A DNA stretch of 53,084 nucleotides, taken from the NCBI GenBank assembly GCA_048213135.1, contig PS015366.1, positions 54,486 through 107,569 of the forward strand, written 5' to 3'. Origin of the DNA: Reclinomonas americana ATCC 50394 (taxonomy: Eukaryota). Position numbers and translations under genes: made by a program. This document shows, one piece after another, positions 33,659-46,599 of the stretch (its first letter is position 1; every line of letters begins with the position of its first letter). The notes beneath the pieces were generated by a model. It did no database searches, had not been told where the DNA came from, and was given only the letters and a program-made list of their open reading frames with translations.

Positions 33659-36600
33659 TCAGTGCGCCTCCACAACTTCGTCGAGTGCGTCGTCGTCTCC
33701 GCCGTGGTCACTGTCGACTTCGCCGTCGGCGGCCACTGGCGCAGCCTCCTGCGGCACAATCTCGGGTGGCGGCGGATTCGGTTGCCACCAGGGGAGGAGC
33801 GAGGCCACAAAGAGGTAGATGGCCCAGGTGATCTTTTGGAAGAAACCGCGCGGTCGGTAGGGTGCGTTGGCGCCGAGCCGGCCCTCCACCACCCCCGGTC
33901 GATTGCGACGCAGCAGCCAGTTGAGGAAGCCCAGGCGGTGCAGAATGATGCCGAGAGACAGCACCGAGAGGAGTACATATCGCTGCCAGCCGCCGTCTTG
34001 ACCAAACACAAAGATCAGGAGGCCGAGCTTGATCAGCAGGCCCCACCAGCCACGATTGCCGCCACCTGCGAGGGGGAAGGGAATGAGGGAAGGAAGAAAG
34101 GGGGAAGGAGAAGGGGGGGAGGAGAAGGGGGAAGGAGAAGGGGGGGAGGGAGGGNNNNNNNNNNNNNNNNNNNNNNNNNNNNNNNNNNNNNNNNNNNNNN
34201 NNNNNNNNNNNNNNNNNNNNNNNNNNNNNNNNNNNNNNNNNNNNNNNNNNNNNNNNNNNNNNNNNNNNNNNNNNNNNNNNNNNNNNNNNNNNNNNNNNNN
34301 NNNNNNNNNNNNNNNNNNNNNNNNNNNNNNNNNNNNNNNNNNNNNNNNNNNNNNNNNNNNNNNNNNNNNNNNNNNNNNNNNNNNNNNNNNNNNNNNNNNN
34401 NNNNNNNNNNNNNNNNNNNNNNNNNNNNNNNNNNNNNNNNNNNNNNNNNNNNNNNNNNNNNNNNNNNNNNNNNNNNNNNNNNNNNNNNNNNNNNNNNNNN
34501 NNNNNNNNNNNNNNNNNNNNNNNNNNNNNNNNNNNNNNNNNNNNNNNNNNNNNNNNNNNNNNNNNNNNNNNNNNNNNNNNNNNNNNNNNNNNNNNNNNNN
34601 NNNNNNNNNNNNNNNNNNNNNNNNNNNNNNNNNNNNNNNNNNNNNNNNNNNNNNNNNNNNNNNNNNNNNNNNNNNNNNNNNNNNNNNNNNNNNNNNNNNN
34701 NNNNNNNNNNNNNNNNNNNNNNNNNNNNNNNNNNNNNNNNNNNNNNNNNNNNNNNNNNNNNNNNNNNNNNNNNNNNNNNNNNNNNNNNNNNNNNNNNNNN
34801 NNNNNNNNNNNNNNNNNNNNNNNNNNNNNNNNNNNNNNNNNNNNNNNNNNNNNNNNNNNNNNNNNNNNNNNNNNNNNNNNNNNNNNNNNNNNNNNNNNNN
34901 NNNNNNNNNNNNNNNNNNNNNNNNNNNNNNNNNNNNNNNNNNNNNNNNNNNNNNNNNNNNNNNNNNNNNNNNNNNNNNNNNNNNNNNNNNNNNNNNNNNN
35001 NNNNNNNNNNAAGGAGAAGGGGGAAGGAGAAGGGCAAGGAGAGGGGAGGACGGGGGACGAGGGGAAGGAGGGCGAGGAGAAGGAGGAGTTTTGGAAGAGA
35101 GAGTGAGAGAGGACTCAGACAAGGAAGAGTAAGTGGAGGAGGATCATCATCGACGTCGGCGGCGGCAGAAAAGAGAGAGAGAGAGAGATCTGGGGATGCT
35201 GTCGACTAACCTCGTTCGCCATTCTCGCCGGCCATTTCTGCCGCCATTTGTGCATCGTTGCCACCGGCAGCTGCTGCTGCGGGCGCCGGTGGGGGCGGCA
35301 GCGGACGAGCGGCACCGTCTGCGGCCGGTGGTGGCGGCTGCAATTGCTGCCCCTGCTGCTGCTGCGGGAGTTGTTGCTGCATGCCGACAGCCATCTGAAT
35401 GGCCATTTGTTGCATGTACCATTGCATGTATTGTTGCATGTAGGCATTCCATTCGATTTGCTGAGCTGGTGTCATGTTGGGCGGTGGTTGAGGGAGCTGT
35501 GAGAGGGGGGAAGGAGGGAGATGAGGCAAAAGGGATAAATGGTTTGGTTAAAAAGACGTGAAGATTCAGAGGGACAGCAGCTGACGAGAACAGGAGAAGA
35601 GGGCGAGAATGAGAGTTAGATAACAAGAGCCAATGAGCACACTTGTGGGAGAAGAGAGACAGCATGCGAAGAACGCGCGCAGAAGGGAAATGGAGAAAGG
35701 AGGAGACACGCGGTAGAAGCACAGAAAAACAATGCAGACGTCGAGAACGCGAGCGACTGAGTCTTCTTGTGGAGAAAGCTAGACAGCATGCGAAGAACGC
35801 GCGCAGAAGAGAAATGAGAAAGCAAAAGGAGGCACACGACAGAAACCACAGGAACAATCATATGGTGGAGGAATGGTCGAGAACGCGAGTGGAGCATGCG
35901 AAGAAAGCGCAGAAGAGAAATGAGAAGGCAAAAGAGGCACACGACAGAAACCACAGGAACAACACAAGCGAGTGAGAACTCTTGGGGCACCGGGAAAGCA
36001 GCAGGCAAATAAAGTCAGCAGAAGAGGAGCCTAAACACCAACCATGGCTGCCGGATTGACGACCATCTGCATCGCGAAGAATTCGCGTCAGAGATAGGAC
36101 AGCGCACGACCGCACACGACACACACATATTCACCGGGAAGCTGCCGGCCGCAAACGCAGGAGCGGGCGATGCCGCAAAGGCGGGAGAAGGCGCGGCTGC
36201 GGGAGTCGACGGGGCAGAGGCCGGGGTTGTACTTGTGGCGCTCATTGTCGAGGAGACACTCGAGGATCCGGCCACGGAACTGGAGCCAGCAGGCCGCTGG
36301 GCAACCACGTGTATGACAATGACCTCGTCGTCGATGGACTGTGAGTGGGAGGGCGTTTAGGAGAGGGAGGGTGGCGGATCAACGGCAGTATTGCAGCAGG
36401 TGTGGATTGGGACAAAGTCAAAGGACGAGACAGAGGAAGGGAAGCACGGGGAATACAAAGAAAAACAGCAGAACAGCAAGTTGCATGGGCGTACTTTCGG
36501 CATTCAGCGCGGAAGGCAGAAAGCGAGGAGAACAGAAACACTACAGTTTGAAGAAAGCTCTCGTGCCCTCTCTCCGTCTACTCTTCCCTGCCCTCCCTTT

Positions 36601-37330
36601 CCTGTCTTTTTCTCTCTTTTTCTCTGTCTCTCTCTCTCTCTCTCTCTCTNNNNNNNNNNNNNNNNNNNNNNNNNNNNNNNNNNNNNNNNNNNNNNNNNNN
36701 NNNNNNNNNNNNNNNNNNNNNNNNNNNNNNNNNNNNNNNNNNNNNNNNNNNNNNNNNNNNNNNNNNNNNNNNNNNNNNNNNNNNNNNNNNNNNNNNNNNN
36801 NNNNNNNNNNNNNNNNNNNNNNNNNNNNNNNNNNNNNNNNNNNNNNNNNNNNNNNNNNNNNNNNNNNNNNNNNNNNNNNNNNNNNNNNNNNNNNNNNNNN
36901 NNNNNNNNNNNNNNNNNNNNNNNNNNNNNNNNNNNNNNNNNNNNNNNNNNNNNNNNNNNNNNNNNNNNNNNNNNNNNNNNNNNNNNNNNNNNNNNNNNNN
37001 NNNNNNNNNNNNNNNNNNNNNNNNNNNNNNNNNNNNNNNNNNNNNNNNNNNNNNNNNNNNNNNNNNNNNNNNNNNNNNNNNNNNNNNNNNNNNNNNNNNN
37101 NNNNNNNNNNNNNNNNNNNNNNNNNNNNNNNNNNNNNNNNNNNNNNNNNNNNNNNNNNNNNNNNNNNNNNNNNNNNNNNNNNNNNNNNNNNNNNNNNNNN
37201 NNNNNNNNNNNNNNNNNNNNNNNNNNNNNNNNNNNNNNNNNNNNNNNNNNNNNNNNNNNNNNNNNNNNNNNNNNNNNNNNNNNNNNNNNNNNNNNNNNNN
37301 NNNNNNNNNNNNNNNNNNNNNNNNNNNNNN

Positions 37331-37364
<34 letters not shown>

Positions 37365-37871
37365 CTCTCTCTACTACTCTTCTTCTCTCTCTTCTTCTCT
37401 CTCTCCTCCTCTCTCTCTCTCTCTCTCTCTCTGCAACTCACTTGTCCTGAGCTCTTTCTGAATCTCTCTGCTCCTCCCCCCCTTCCTTCCCTCGCTCTCT
37501 CGCTGACATCACTTTTCCTCAACCTCCTTCTGCACCTCTGTCCCCTCCCCTTCTCTCAATCCCCACGCACCTTATGCAACGCCTCGCGCAACACCTGTCC
37601 ATCGGTGATCACTCGCCCACCAAAGATGAACTTCATCTCCTCCGGCAGTGGCGCCTTGTCGGCATTCTGCGCGCGCACTCGCTCCTTCACCTCGCGCACA
37701 GTGTCGTCCGCAGTGGCCTCCACCACGAACTCAGTTCTGCAAGGAGAAGAGAAGGAGAGGGTGAGAGAGGGAAGGAGGGGAAGGAGAGGGTGAGGGAGAA
37801 GGAGGAGGAAGAGGGTGAGGGAGAAGTGGGAGAGAGAAAGAGAGTGAGTGAGTGAGTGAGTGAGTGAGTGA

Positions 37872-37914
<43 letters not shown>

Positions 37915-38491
37915 TGTGAGAGTGAGTGAGTGTGTGTGTGAGTGAGCGAGTGAGTGAGTGAGTGAGTGAGTGAGGAGTGAGTGAGTGAGTGAGTGAGTGA
38001 GTGTGTGTGTGAGTGAGCGAGTGAGTGAGTGAGTGAGTGAGTGAGGAGTGAGTGAGTGAGTGAGTGAGTGAGTGAGTGAGTGAGTGAGGGAGTGAGTGAG
38101 TGAANNNNNNNNNNNNNNNNNNNNNNNNNNNNNNNNNNNNNNNNNNNNNNNNNNNNNNNNNNNNNNNNNNNNNNNNNNNNNNNNNNNNNNNNNNNNNNNN
38201 NNNNNNNNNNNNNNNNNNNNNNNNNNNNNNNNNNNNNNNNNNNNNNNNNNNNNNNNNNNNNNNNNNNNNNNNNNNNNNNNNNNNNNNNNNNNGAGTGAGC
38301 GAGTGATTGAGTGAGTGTGAGTCTGAGTGAGTGATTGAGAGAGACAGAATGACTGAGAGAGACACAGTGAGTGAGTGAGTGAGTGAGTGAATGAGTGAGT
38401 GCGCATGTGAGAGAGACACACTCACACACACTCACACACACAATGAGAGTGTGCACAGTGTGATGACGCGTGTCACTGGTGCGAATGACAT
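33659..38491 (-). CDS. HERP-like protein: N-terminal ubiquitin-like domain, Gln/Tyr/Met-rich linker, C-terminal TM segments (multi-exon, gaps)
   Basis: Putative exon 1 MSFAPVTRVITLCTLS; UBL exon TEFVVEATADDTVREVKERV...MKFIFGGRVITDGQVL; SIDDEVIVIHVV; AYMQQYMQWYMQQ; LIKLGLLIFVFGQDG...FVASLLP. The start codon is less certain. Confidence 0.75.
35640..35970. repeat. Degenerate intronic tandem repeat (AGCATGCGAAGAACGCGCGCAGAAG...GGCACACGACAGAAACCACAGGAACAA), ~3 copies
   Basis: Core recurs at ~35660, 35785 and 35893. Confidence 0.7.
37843..38400. repeat. (GTGA)n/(GT)n microsatellite with internal gap
   Basis: Direct reading of the sequence. Confidence 0.9.
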
Positions 38492-38558
38492 GTGTGACGA
38501 AATCAGTCACCACTGACACACAAACACACACACACACACACAACACTCAACTTGTTCG

Positions 38559-38850
38559 CCAAGCGCACAGTCAACCGCATTCCTCGCTCACACAACAACG
38601 CAAAGAGAGAAAGGATCGATCAGAGAAAGGGTCGCAGGACAACTCTGAAGTTGATTTTTCTTTTTGTGCAATTACGTGAGAGGAGTGCGCGCATTCGTGG
38701 CAAGCTCTCCCAAGCGCACAGTCAACCGCATTCCTCGCTCACACAACGAAGAGAGACAGACAAGAGAAAAAGAGTCACAGGACAACTCTGAAGTTGATTT
38801 TCTTTCTTTGCAATGAGTGAGAGGAGTGCGCGCATTCGCGACAAGCTCTC
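38559..38850 (+). repeat. Direct tandem duplication (~150 + ~141 bp) covering the NUBP2 upstream region and first codons
   Basis: CCAAGCGCACAGTCAACCGCATTCCTCGCTCACACAAC...GGACAACTCTGAAGTTGATTT...GTGAGAGGAGTGCGCGCATTCG..CAAGCTCTC occurs twice. Confidence 0.9.
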
Positions 38851-40663
38851 TCGCGTGCGACAACACACAGTGTTGGTGTTGAGTGGAAAGGGTGGAGTAG
38901 GCAAGAGCACAATTACTGCGCAGTTGGCGGTGGCCTTGGCTGCTGCAGAGCATAATGTTGCGCCTGAGAGAGAGAGAGAGAANNNNNNNNNNNNNNNNNN
39001 NNNNNNNNNNNNNNNNNNNNNNNNNNNNNNNNNNNNNNNNNNNNNNNNNNNNNNNNNNNNNNNNNNNNNNNNNNNNNNNNNNNNNNNNNNNNNNNNNNNN
39101 NNNNNNNNNNNNNNNNNNNNNNNNNNNNNNNNNNNNNNNNNNNNNNNNNNNNNNNNNNNNNNNNNNNNNNNNNNNNNNNNNNNNNNNNNNNNNNNNNNNN
39201 NNNNNNNNNNNNNNNNNNNNNNNNNNNNNNNNNNNNNNNNNNNNNNNNNNNNNNNNNNNNNNNNNNNNNNNNNNNNNNNNNNNNNNNNNNNNNNNNNNNN
39301 NNNNNNNNNNNNNNNNNNNNNNNNNNNNNNNNNNNNNNNNNNNNNNNNNNNNNNNNNNNNNNNNNNNNNNNNNNNNNNNNNNNNNNNNNNNNNNNNNNNN
39401 NNNNNNNNNNNNNNNNNNNNNNNNNNNNNNNNNNNNNNNNNNNNNNNNNNNNNNNNNNNNNNNNNNNNNNNNNNNNNNNNNNNNNNNNNNNNNNNNNNNN
39501 NNNNNNNNNNNNNNNNNNNNNNNNNNNNNNNNNNNNNNNNNNNNNNNNNNNNNNNNNNNNNNNNNNNNNNNNNNNNNNNNNNNNNNNNNNNNNNNNNNNN
39601 NNNNNNNNNNNNNNNNNNNNNNNNNNNNNNNNNNNNNNNNNNNNNNNNNNNNNNNNNNNNNNNNNNNNNNNNNNNNNNNNNNNNNNNNNNNNNNNNNTAC
39701 GCACTGCACTCTCTCTCTCCTCCTCCCTCCTCCCTCCTCTCCTCCTCTCTCTCTCTCCTCCTCTCTCTCTCCCTCCCTCTCTCTCTCTCTCACACACACA
39801 CATACATCCGCAGTCCTTGTGCAACAAGAGAATCAGAAGTGGAAACCTCGCAGAAGAGACAAGTCGGAGACCGTCGGAGATTGATTGCTGTCTCACCCTT
39901 GGTGCTGCTTGCAGGTCGGAGTTCTCGACATTGATGTGTGCGGCCCGTCCATCCCAAAGATCCTCGGTCTCGAGGGCCACTCGGTGCATCAGTGCTCCGA
40001 TGGGTGCGCGTTGCTTCTTCTGTTGTCTTGCCTTTCCTCTGCGTCTGATGTCGCGACAGGTGGGTGCCTGTGTATGCCGACGCCAGCAAGCGCTTGCGCG
40101 TGATGAGCATTGGCTTTCTGCTGGCGAGTCCCGACGATGCGGTGGTGTGGCGTGGTCCGCGCAAGACCGCCATGATTCGTCAGTTTATTGAGGATGTGCA
40201 CTGGGGCGACGATGTCGACTATCTGCTGGTGGACACGCCGCCGGGCACCTCTGACGAGCACATCACAATTGTGGAGATGCTGCAGGAGGTGCCGAACGCC
40301 GGTGCGGTGATTGTGACCACGCCGCAGGGTGTGTCGCTCAGCGACGTGCGCAAGGAGATCACGTTCTGTCGGCGCGTGGAGTTGCCGGTGCTTGGCCTGG
40401 TGGAGAACATGAGTGGATTTGTGTGCCCGCACTGCGCCGAGTGCACCGACATTTTCATGAGTGGTGGCGGTCGGGAGCTGGCCACCGCCTGCAGCATCCC
40501 GCTGCTTGGACAGGTGCCCATTGACCCGCAACTGGCGGCTGCCGAGGACGCCGGCGAGGATTTTATCAGCAACTTTCCCGATACGCCAACAGGCAGGGCA
40601 CTGGCGGCCGTGGTGAGTGCCCTCGAGCGGGAGGTGGAGGAGAGAAGGATAACGCCAAAGTAA
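38813..40663 (+). CDS. NUBP2: Cytosolic Fe-S cluster assembly factor NUBP2/Cfd1 (Mrp/MinD P-loop ATPase)
   Basis: [30 protein letters not shown]...[34 protein letters not shown]. It lacks the N-terminal 4-Cys extension of Nbp35/NUBP1. Confidence 0.92.
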
Positions 40664-40795
40664 ATAGTAGGGGGGAGTGCGACTTCGATGACGACCTGCG
40701 CATGCTCTCGGTCGTTCAAGAAGGGATGTGAACTGTTGGTGGGACACGTGAAACGCTTTACTTTGAAGAGGTGCGACCGACAACAACGGACAGCC

Positions 40796-41917
40796 TCACC
40801 AACCAGGGGCCCGACGCTGCACCAACTCTGCATCCTCCAACACAAAGCACCGCAGAACGACATCCACCAGGATCCAGTCATGATCATCGTCGACGAGCAG
40901 CTCATTGATGGCCTGCACGGCCAACCGTGCGACCACGACCTCCTGTCCAGCAAGGGCACGCGCCGTGGACCACACTCGTATCGTGCCATCTCCGTCTCCA
41001 CTCACAATGCGCTGGCCATCGGGGGTGATGGCAACAGACGGCACCCAGTCGGTGTGTCCTTCTAGTCGTCGCACCTCCTCACCACTGGCCAGCGTCCACA
41101 ATCGCACGGTCGTGTCGCCACTGCCACTCACAACAAATTGACCGTCGGGTGTGACGGCGACAGACTGCACCTCTTCAGTGTGCCCCTCCATCCGGCGCAC
41201 TTCCTCACCGGTGGCCAGTGACCACACTCGCACTGTCTTGTCCTCGCCCCCACTCACTATATGCTGGCCATCGGGAGTGACGGTGACAGCATACACTATA
41301 CCTGTGTGCCCCACGCATCGTCGCACTTCCTCGCCAGTGGCGAGTGACCACAGTCGCACGGTCTTGTCAGCGCTGCCAGTGACAACGTGCTGACCATCGG
41401 GGGTGATGGCGACCGAGTACACGGTGCCAGTGTGCCCCTCAAGACGTCGCACCTCCTCGCCAGTCGCCAGTGACCACACTCGTATCGTCCAGTCAAAGCC
41501 CCCGCTCACCGCGTGCGAGCTATCGGGAGTGACGACGACAGACAGCACGTATGCCATACCAGTGTGCTCTTCCAATCGGTGTACTTCCTCGCCACTCGTC
41601 AATGACCACACTCGCACTGTCTCGTCATCACTGCTGCTTACAATGTGCTCACCATCGGGCGTGACGGCGACCGAGTTCACACCTCCAGTGTGTCCTTCCA
41701 AGAGTCGCACTTCCGCGCCACTCGTCAGAGACCACACACGCACTGTGTAGTCGTTGCTGCCGCTGATTATGTGCCCACCATCGGGAGTGACGGCGACAGA
41801 CAACACCCAAGAAGTGTGCCCCTTCAGAATCTGCGCCCGTGCACTTGTGGTGAGACGCACCAGGAACAGACAAGAAGGGTGCCACACGCACACTCACACA
41901 CGCACCTTCGAGATCAT
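40796..41917 (-). CDS. WD40 array gene C1 (MISK exon + intron + 7 WD40 + tail)
   Basis: Same family as B, opposite strand. Confidence 0.9.
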
Positions 41918-42220
41918 CCTGTTCTCGCGGATGTGCGTGTGTGTGTGAAAGACAAAGAAGATTGAACTCGCATTGTCTCCGCACATCTCGCGCCATTTCT
42001 CTCCCCTGCCCGAGCTGCAGCCACGTTAACTGCCGCACACGTTCATACGTGGACGTGAATGTAGAGGAGTGCATCTTCAGGCTGACACGACATCTGTTGT
42101 TTTGGAGCAAAGCAATTAACACTTAAGCTTCACTTGACCCTCGAGCTCGCTTGACTCAACTGACGCTGGGGCGCGCAGCCTTCGCGTGGTACGAGGGCCA
42201 GTAACAGACGACACCTTCAA

Positions 42221-43350
42221 TTATGCTTCACGCCACCCAGGGGCCCGACGCTGCACCAACTCTGCATCCTCCAGCACAAAGCACCGCAGAACGACATCCA
42301 CCAGGATCCAGTCATGATCATCGTCGACGAGCAGCTCATTGATGGCCTGCACGGCCAACCGTGCGACCACGACCTCCTGTCCAGCAAGGGCACGCGCCGT
42401 GGACCACACTCGTATCGTGCGATCTGCGCCTCCACTCACGATATGCTGGCCATCGGGGGTGATGGCAACAGACGGCACCCACTCGGTGTGTCCCTCCAGT
42501 TGTCGCACCTCCTCGCCACCGGCCAGTGACCACACCCGCACTGTCTTGTCATCACCACCACTCACAACAAATTGACCGTCTGGAGTAATGGCCACAGAAT
42601 AGACCTCATCAGCGTGACCCTCCAGCCGTCGCTCCTCCTCACCGGTGGCCAGTGACCACATTCGCACTGTTTTGTCCTCGCCCCCACTCACAATGTGCTG
42701 GCCATCGGGAGTGATGGCGACGGCATGCACTATACCTGTGTGCCCCACGCATCGTCGCACTTCCTCGCCAGTGGCGAGTGACCACAGTCGCACCGTCTTG
42801 TCAGCGCTGCCACTGACAGCGTGCAAACCGTCGGGGGTGACGGCAACAGACCACACCGTGTAAGTGTGCCCCTCAAGACGTCGCACCTCCTCACCAGTCG
42901 CCAGTGACCACACTCGTATTGTCTTGTCATCGCCCCCGCTCACCACGTGCGAACTATCGGGAGTGACGGCGACGCAGAACACCGTTCCATCGTGTCCTTC
43001 TAACACATGCACTTCCTCGCCAGTTGCCAGCGACCACACTCGCACGGAACTGTCATCACTGCCGCTCACAATGTGCTCACCATCGGGCGTCGGGGCGACT
43101 GAGTTCACACATTCTGTGTGTCCTTTCAGCCGCCACACCTCGCAGCCACTGGCTACACACCACACTCGTACTGTGTCGTCGTAACTGCCACTCACAACGT
43201 GCTGACCATCGGGAGTGACGGTGACAGACAGCACGCTGAAAGTGTGTCCCTTCAGAATCTGCGCCCGTGCACTGGCGGTGAGATGCACCGAGAGCAGGCA
43301 ACAAGGCGCCACCAGCACACACACACACACACACGCACCTTTGTGATCAT
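42221..43350 (-). CDS. WD40 array gene C2
   Basis: MITK|intron|ILKGH..., 7 repeats, tail ...GWREA*. Confidence 0.9.
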
Positions 43351-43681
43351 CCTGTTCTCGCGGATGTGCGTGTGCTACGTGTGTGTGTGTGTGTGAAAGA
43401 CAGAGAGTGCATCGGACTCGCATTGTCTCCTAACATCTCGCGCCATTTTCTTTCGCCATGCAAGCTGCAGCCACGTCAACTGCCGCACAAGTTCATACGT
43501 GGACGTGAAGGCAAATCTTTGCAGGCTGACACGACATCTGTCGTACGTCTCGGAACAATGACATGCATTTGCAATTGGTTGCACTGGCGAGGGTGGCACT
43601 TCACTTCACATTCATCAGCACTTCAGTCCACCGCAGGTGCGTAGCCTTCGTGTGGTATGCGATCGATACCAACGGATAGCC

Positions 43682-44767
43682 TTACCAACCAGGGGCACGG
43701 TGTTCAATCACCTTTGCATCCTCCAACACAAAACACCGCAGAACAACATCCACCAGGATCCAATCGCGATCATCCTCGTCAATCAGCAACTCATTGATGG
43801 CCTGCACGGCCAACCGTGCGACAGCAAGCTCCTTCCTGGCAAGTGCACGCGCCGTGGACCACACTCGTATCGTGCGATCTGCGCCTCCACTCACGATATG
43901 CTGGCCATCGGGGGTGATGGCAACAGACGGCACCCACTCGGCGTGTCCCTCCAGTCGTCGCACCTCCTCACCACTCGCCAGCGTCCACAATCGCACGGTC
44001 GTGTCGCCACTGCCACTCACAACAAATTGACCGTCGGGTGTGACGGCGACAGACTGCACCTCTTCAGTGTGCCCCTCCAGCCGTCGCTCCTCCTCACCGG
44101 TGGCCAGTGACCACACTCGCACTGTCTTGTCCTCGCCCCCACTCACTATATGCTGGCCATCGGGAGTGACGGTGACAGCATACACTATACCTGTGTGCCC
44201 CACGCATCGTCGCACTTCCTCGCCAGTGGCGAGTGACCACAGTCGCACGGTCTTGTCAGCGCTGCCAGTGACAACGTGCAGACCGTCGGGGGTGATGGCG
44301 ACCGAGTACACGGTGCCAGTGAATCCTTCAAGACGTCGCACCTCCTCGCCACTCGCCAGTGACCACACTCGCACTTGGTCGCGGTAGCCCCCGCTCACCA
44401 CGTGCGAACTATCGGGAGTGGTGGCAACACAGAACACCATTCCATCGTGTCCCATCCGCCGTCGCACCCTCTCCCCACTCGCCAGTGACCACACTCGCAC
44501 AGTTCTGTCATCACTGCCGCTCACAATGTGCTCACTATCGGGCGTGACGGCGACCGAGTGCACACCTCTACTGTGTCCTTCCAAGAGTCGCACCTCTTCG
44601 CCGCTCGCCAGCAACCACACTCGTATTGTGTTGTCGTAACCGCCGCTCACAATGTGCCGACCGTCGGGAGTGACGGCGACAGACAACACCCAAGAAGTGT
44701 GTCCCTTCAGAATCTGCGCCCGTGCACTGGCGGTGAGATGCACCGGGAGCAGGCAACAAGGCGCCAC

Positions 44768-44821
<54 letters not shown>

Positions 44822-44831
44822 TCGTGATCAT
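43682..44831 (-). CDS. WD40 array gene C3
   Basis: MITK exon; intron with (GT)n expansion; 7 repeats + tail. Confidence 0.9.
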
Positions 44832-45184
44832 CCTGTTCTCGCTCTCACGTGTGTGTGAATGACAGAGAGTGAATTGGACTCGCATTGTCTCCTCAAAGAT
44901 AGAGAGTGCATCGGACTCGCATTGTCTCCTCACATCTCGCGCCATTTCTCTCCCCTGTCCGAGCTGCAGCCACGTTAACTGCCGCACACGTTTATACATG
45001 GACGTGAATGCAGATGAGTGCATCTTGGCAGGCTGATACGACATCTATCGTCTCGGAGCAATGAAACATTGTTAACACTTCACTTGCAAGCAATTACTTT
45101 ACATCACGCTCGCTTGACTCAACTGACGCTGGGGGCGCGCAGCCTTCGCGTGGTACGAGGGCCAGTAACAGACGACACCTTCAA

Positions 45185-46301
45185 TTATGCTTCACGCCAC
45201 CCAGGGGCCCGACGCTGTACCAACTCTGCATCCTCCAGCACAAAGCACCGCAGAACGACATCCACCAGGATCCAGTCATGATCATCGTCGACGAGCAGCT
45301 CATTGATGGCCTGCACGGCCAACCGTGCGACCACGACCTCCTGTCCAGCAAGGGCACGCGCCGTGGACCACACTCGTATCGTGCGATCTGCGCCTCCACT
45401 CACGATATGTTGGCCATCGGGGGTGATGGCAACAGACGGCACCCACTTGGTGTGTCCTTCCAGTCGTCGCACCTCCTCGCCACCGGCCAGTGACCACACC
45501 CGCACTGTCTTGTCATCACCACCACTCACAACAAATTGACCGTCTGGAGTAATGGCCACAGACTGCACCTCATCAGCATGACCCTCCAGCCGTCGCTCCT
45601 CCTCACCGGTGGCCAGAGACCAAACTCGCACCATTTCGTCGTCACCGCCGCTCACAATGTGTTTACCATTGGGAGAGACGGCGACAGACAACACATTTCC
45701 AGCGTGTCCCTCATATCGTCGCACTTCCTCGCCAGTTGCCAGCGACCACAGTCGCACGATCCCGTCGTCACCCCCACTGACAACGTGCTGGCCATCGGGG
45801 GTGACGGCGACCGCGAACACGGTGCCGGTGCGTCCCCCCAATCGTCGCACCTCCTCGCCAGTCGCCAGTGACCACACTCGTATCGTCTCGTCATAGCTCC
45901 CGCTCACCGCGTGCGAGCTATCGGGAGTGGTGGCAACACAGAACACCATTCCAGCGTGTTCTTCCAAAAGGTGCACTTCCTTGCCAGTTGCCAGCGACCA
46001 CACACGTACAGTTCTGTCATCACTACCGCTGACAAGGTGCTGGCCATCGGGAGTGACGGCGATGGAATTCACCACACTGGCGTGCGCCTCCAGTCGCTGC
46101 ACCTCGTCGTCACTGGCTAAACATCGCATTCGTATTGTATTGTCGTAGGCGCTGCTCACAATGTGCCGACCATCGGGAGTGACGGTGACAGAGGTCACAG
46201 CAGCAGAGTGCCCCTTGAAGACCTGCACCTGCGGTGAGACGCACCAGGAACAGACAAGAAGGGTGCCACACGCACACTCACACACGCACCTTCGTGATCA
46301 T
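45185..46301 (-). CDS. WD40 array gene C4
   Basis: MITK exon; 7 repeats + tail. Confidence 0.9.
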
Positions 46302-46599
46302 CCTGTTCTCGCGGATGTGCGTGTGTGTGTGAAAGACAAAGAAGATTGAACTCGCATTGTCTCCGCACATCTCGCGCCATTTCTCTCCCCTGCCCGAGCT
46401 GCAGCCACTTTAACTGCCGCACGCGTTCATAAGTGGACGTGAATGTAGAGGAGTGCATCTTGGCAGGCTGATACGACATCTATCGTCTCGGAGCAATGAA
46501 ACATTGTTAACACTTCACTTTACCCTCGTTTGACTCAACTGACGCTGGGGCGCGTAGCCTTCGCGTGGCGCGGGGGCCAGCAACAGGCGACACCTTCTA

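Noticed and set aside
1500-39697. Long ORFs containing X runs and RE/LS/TH repeats
   Set aside because: Artefacts of N-gaps and microsatellites.
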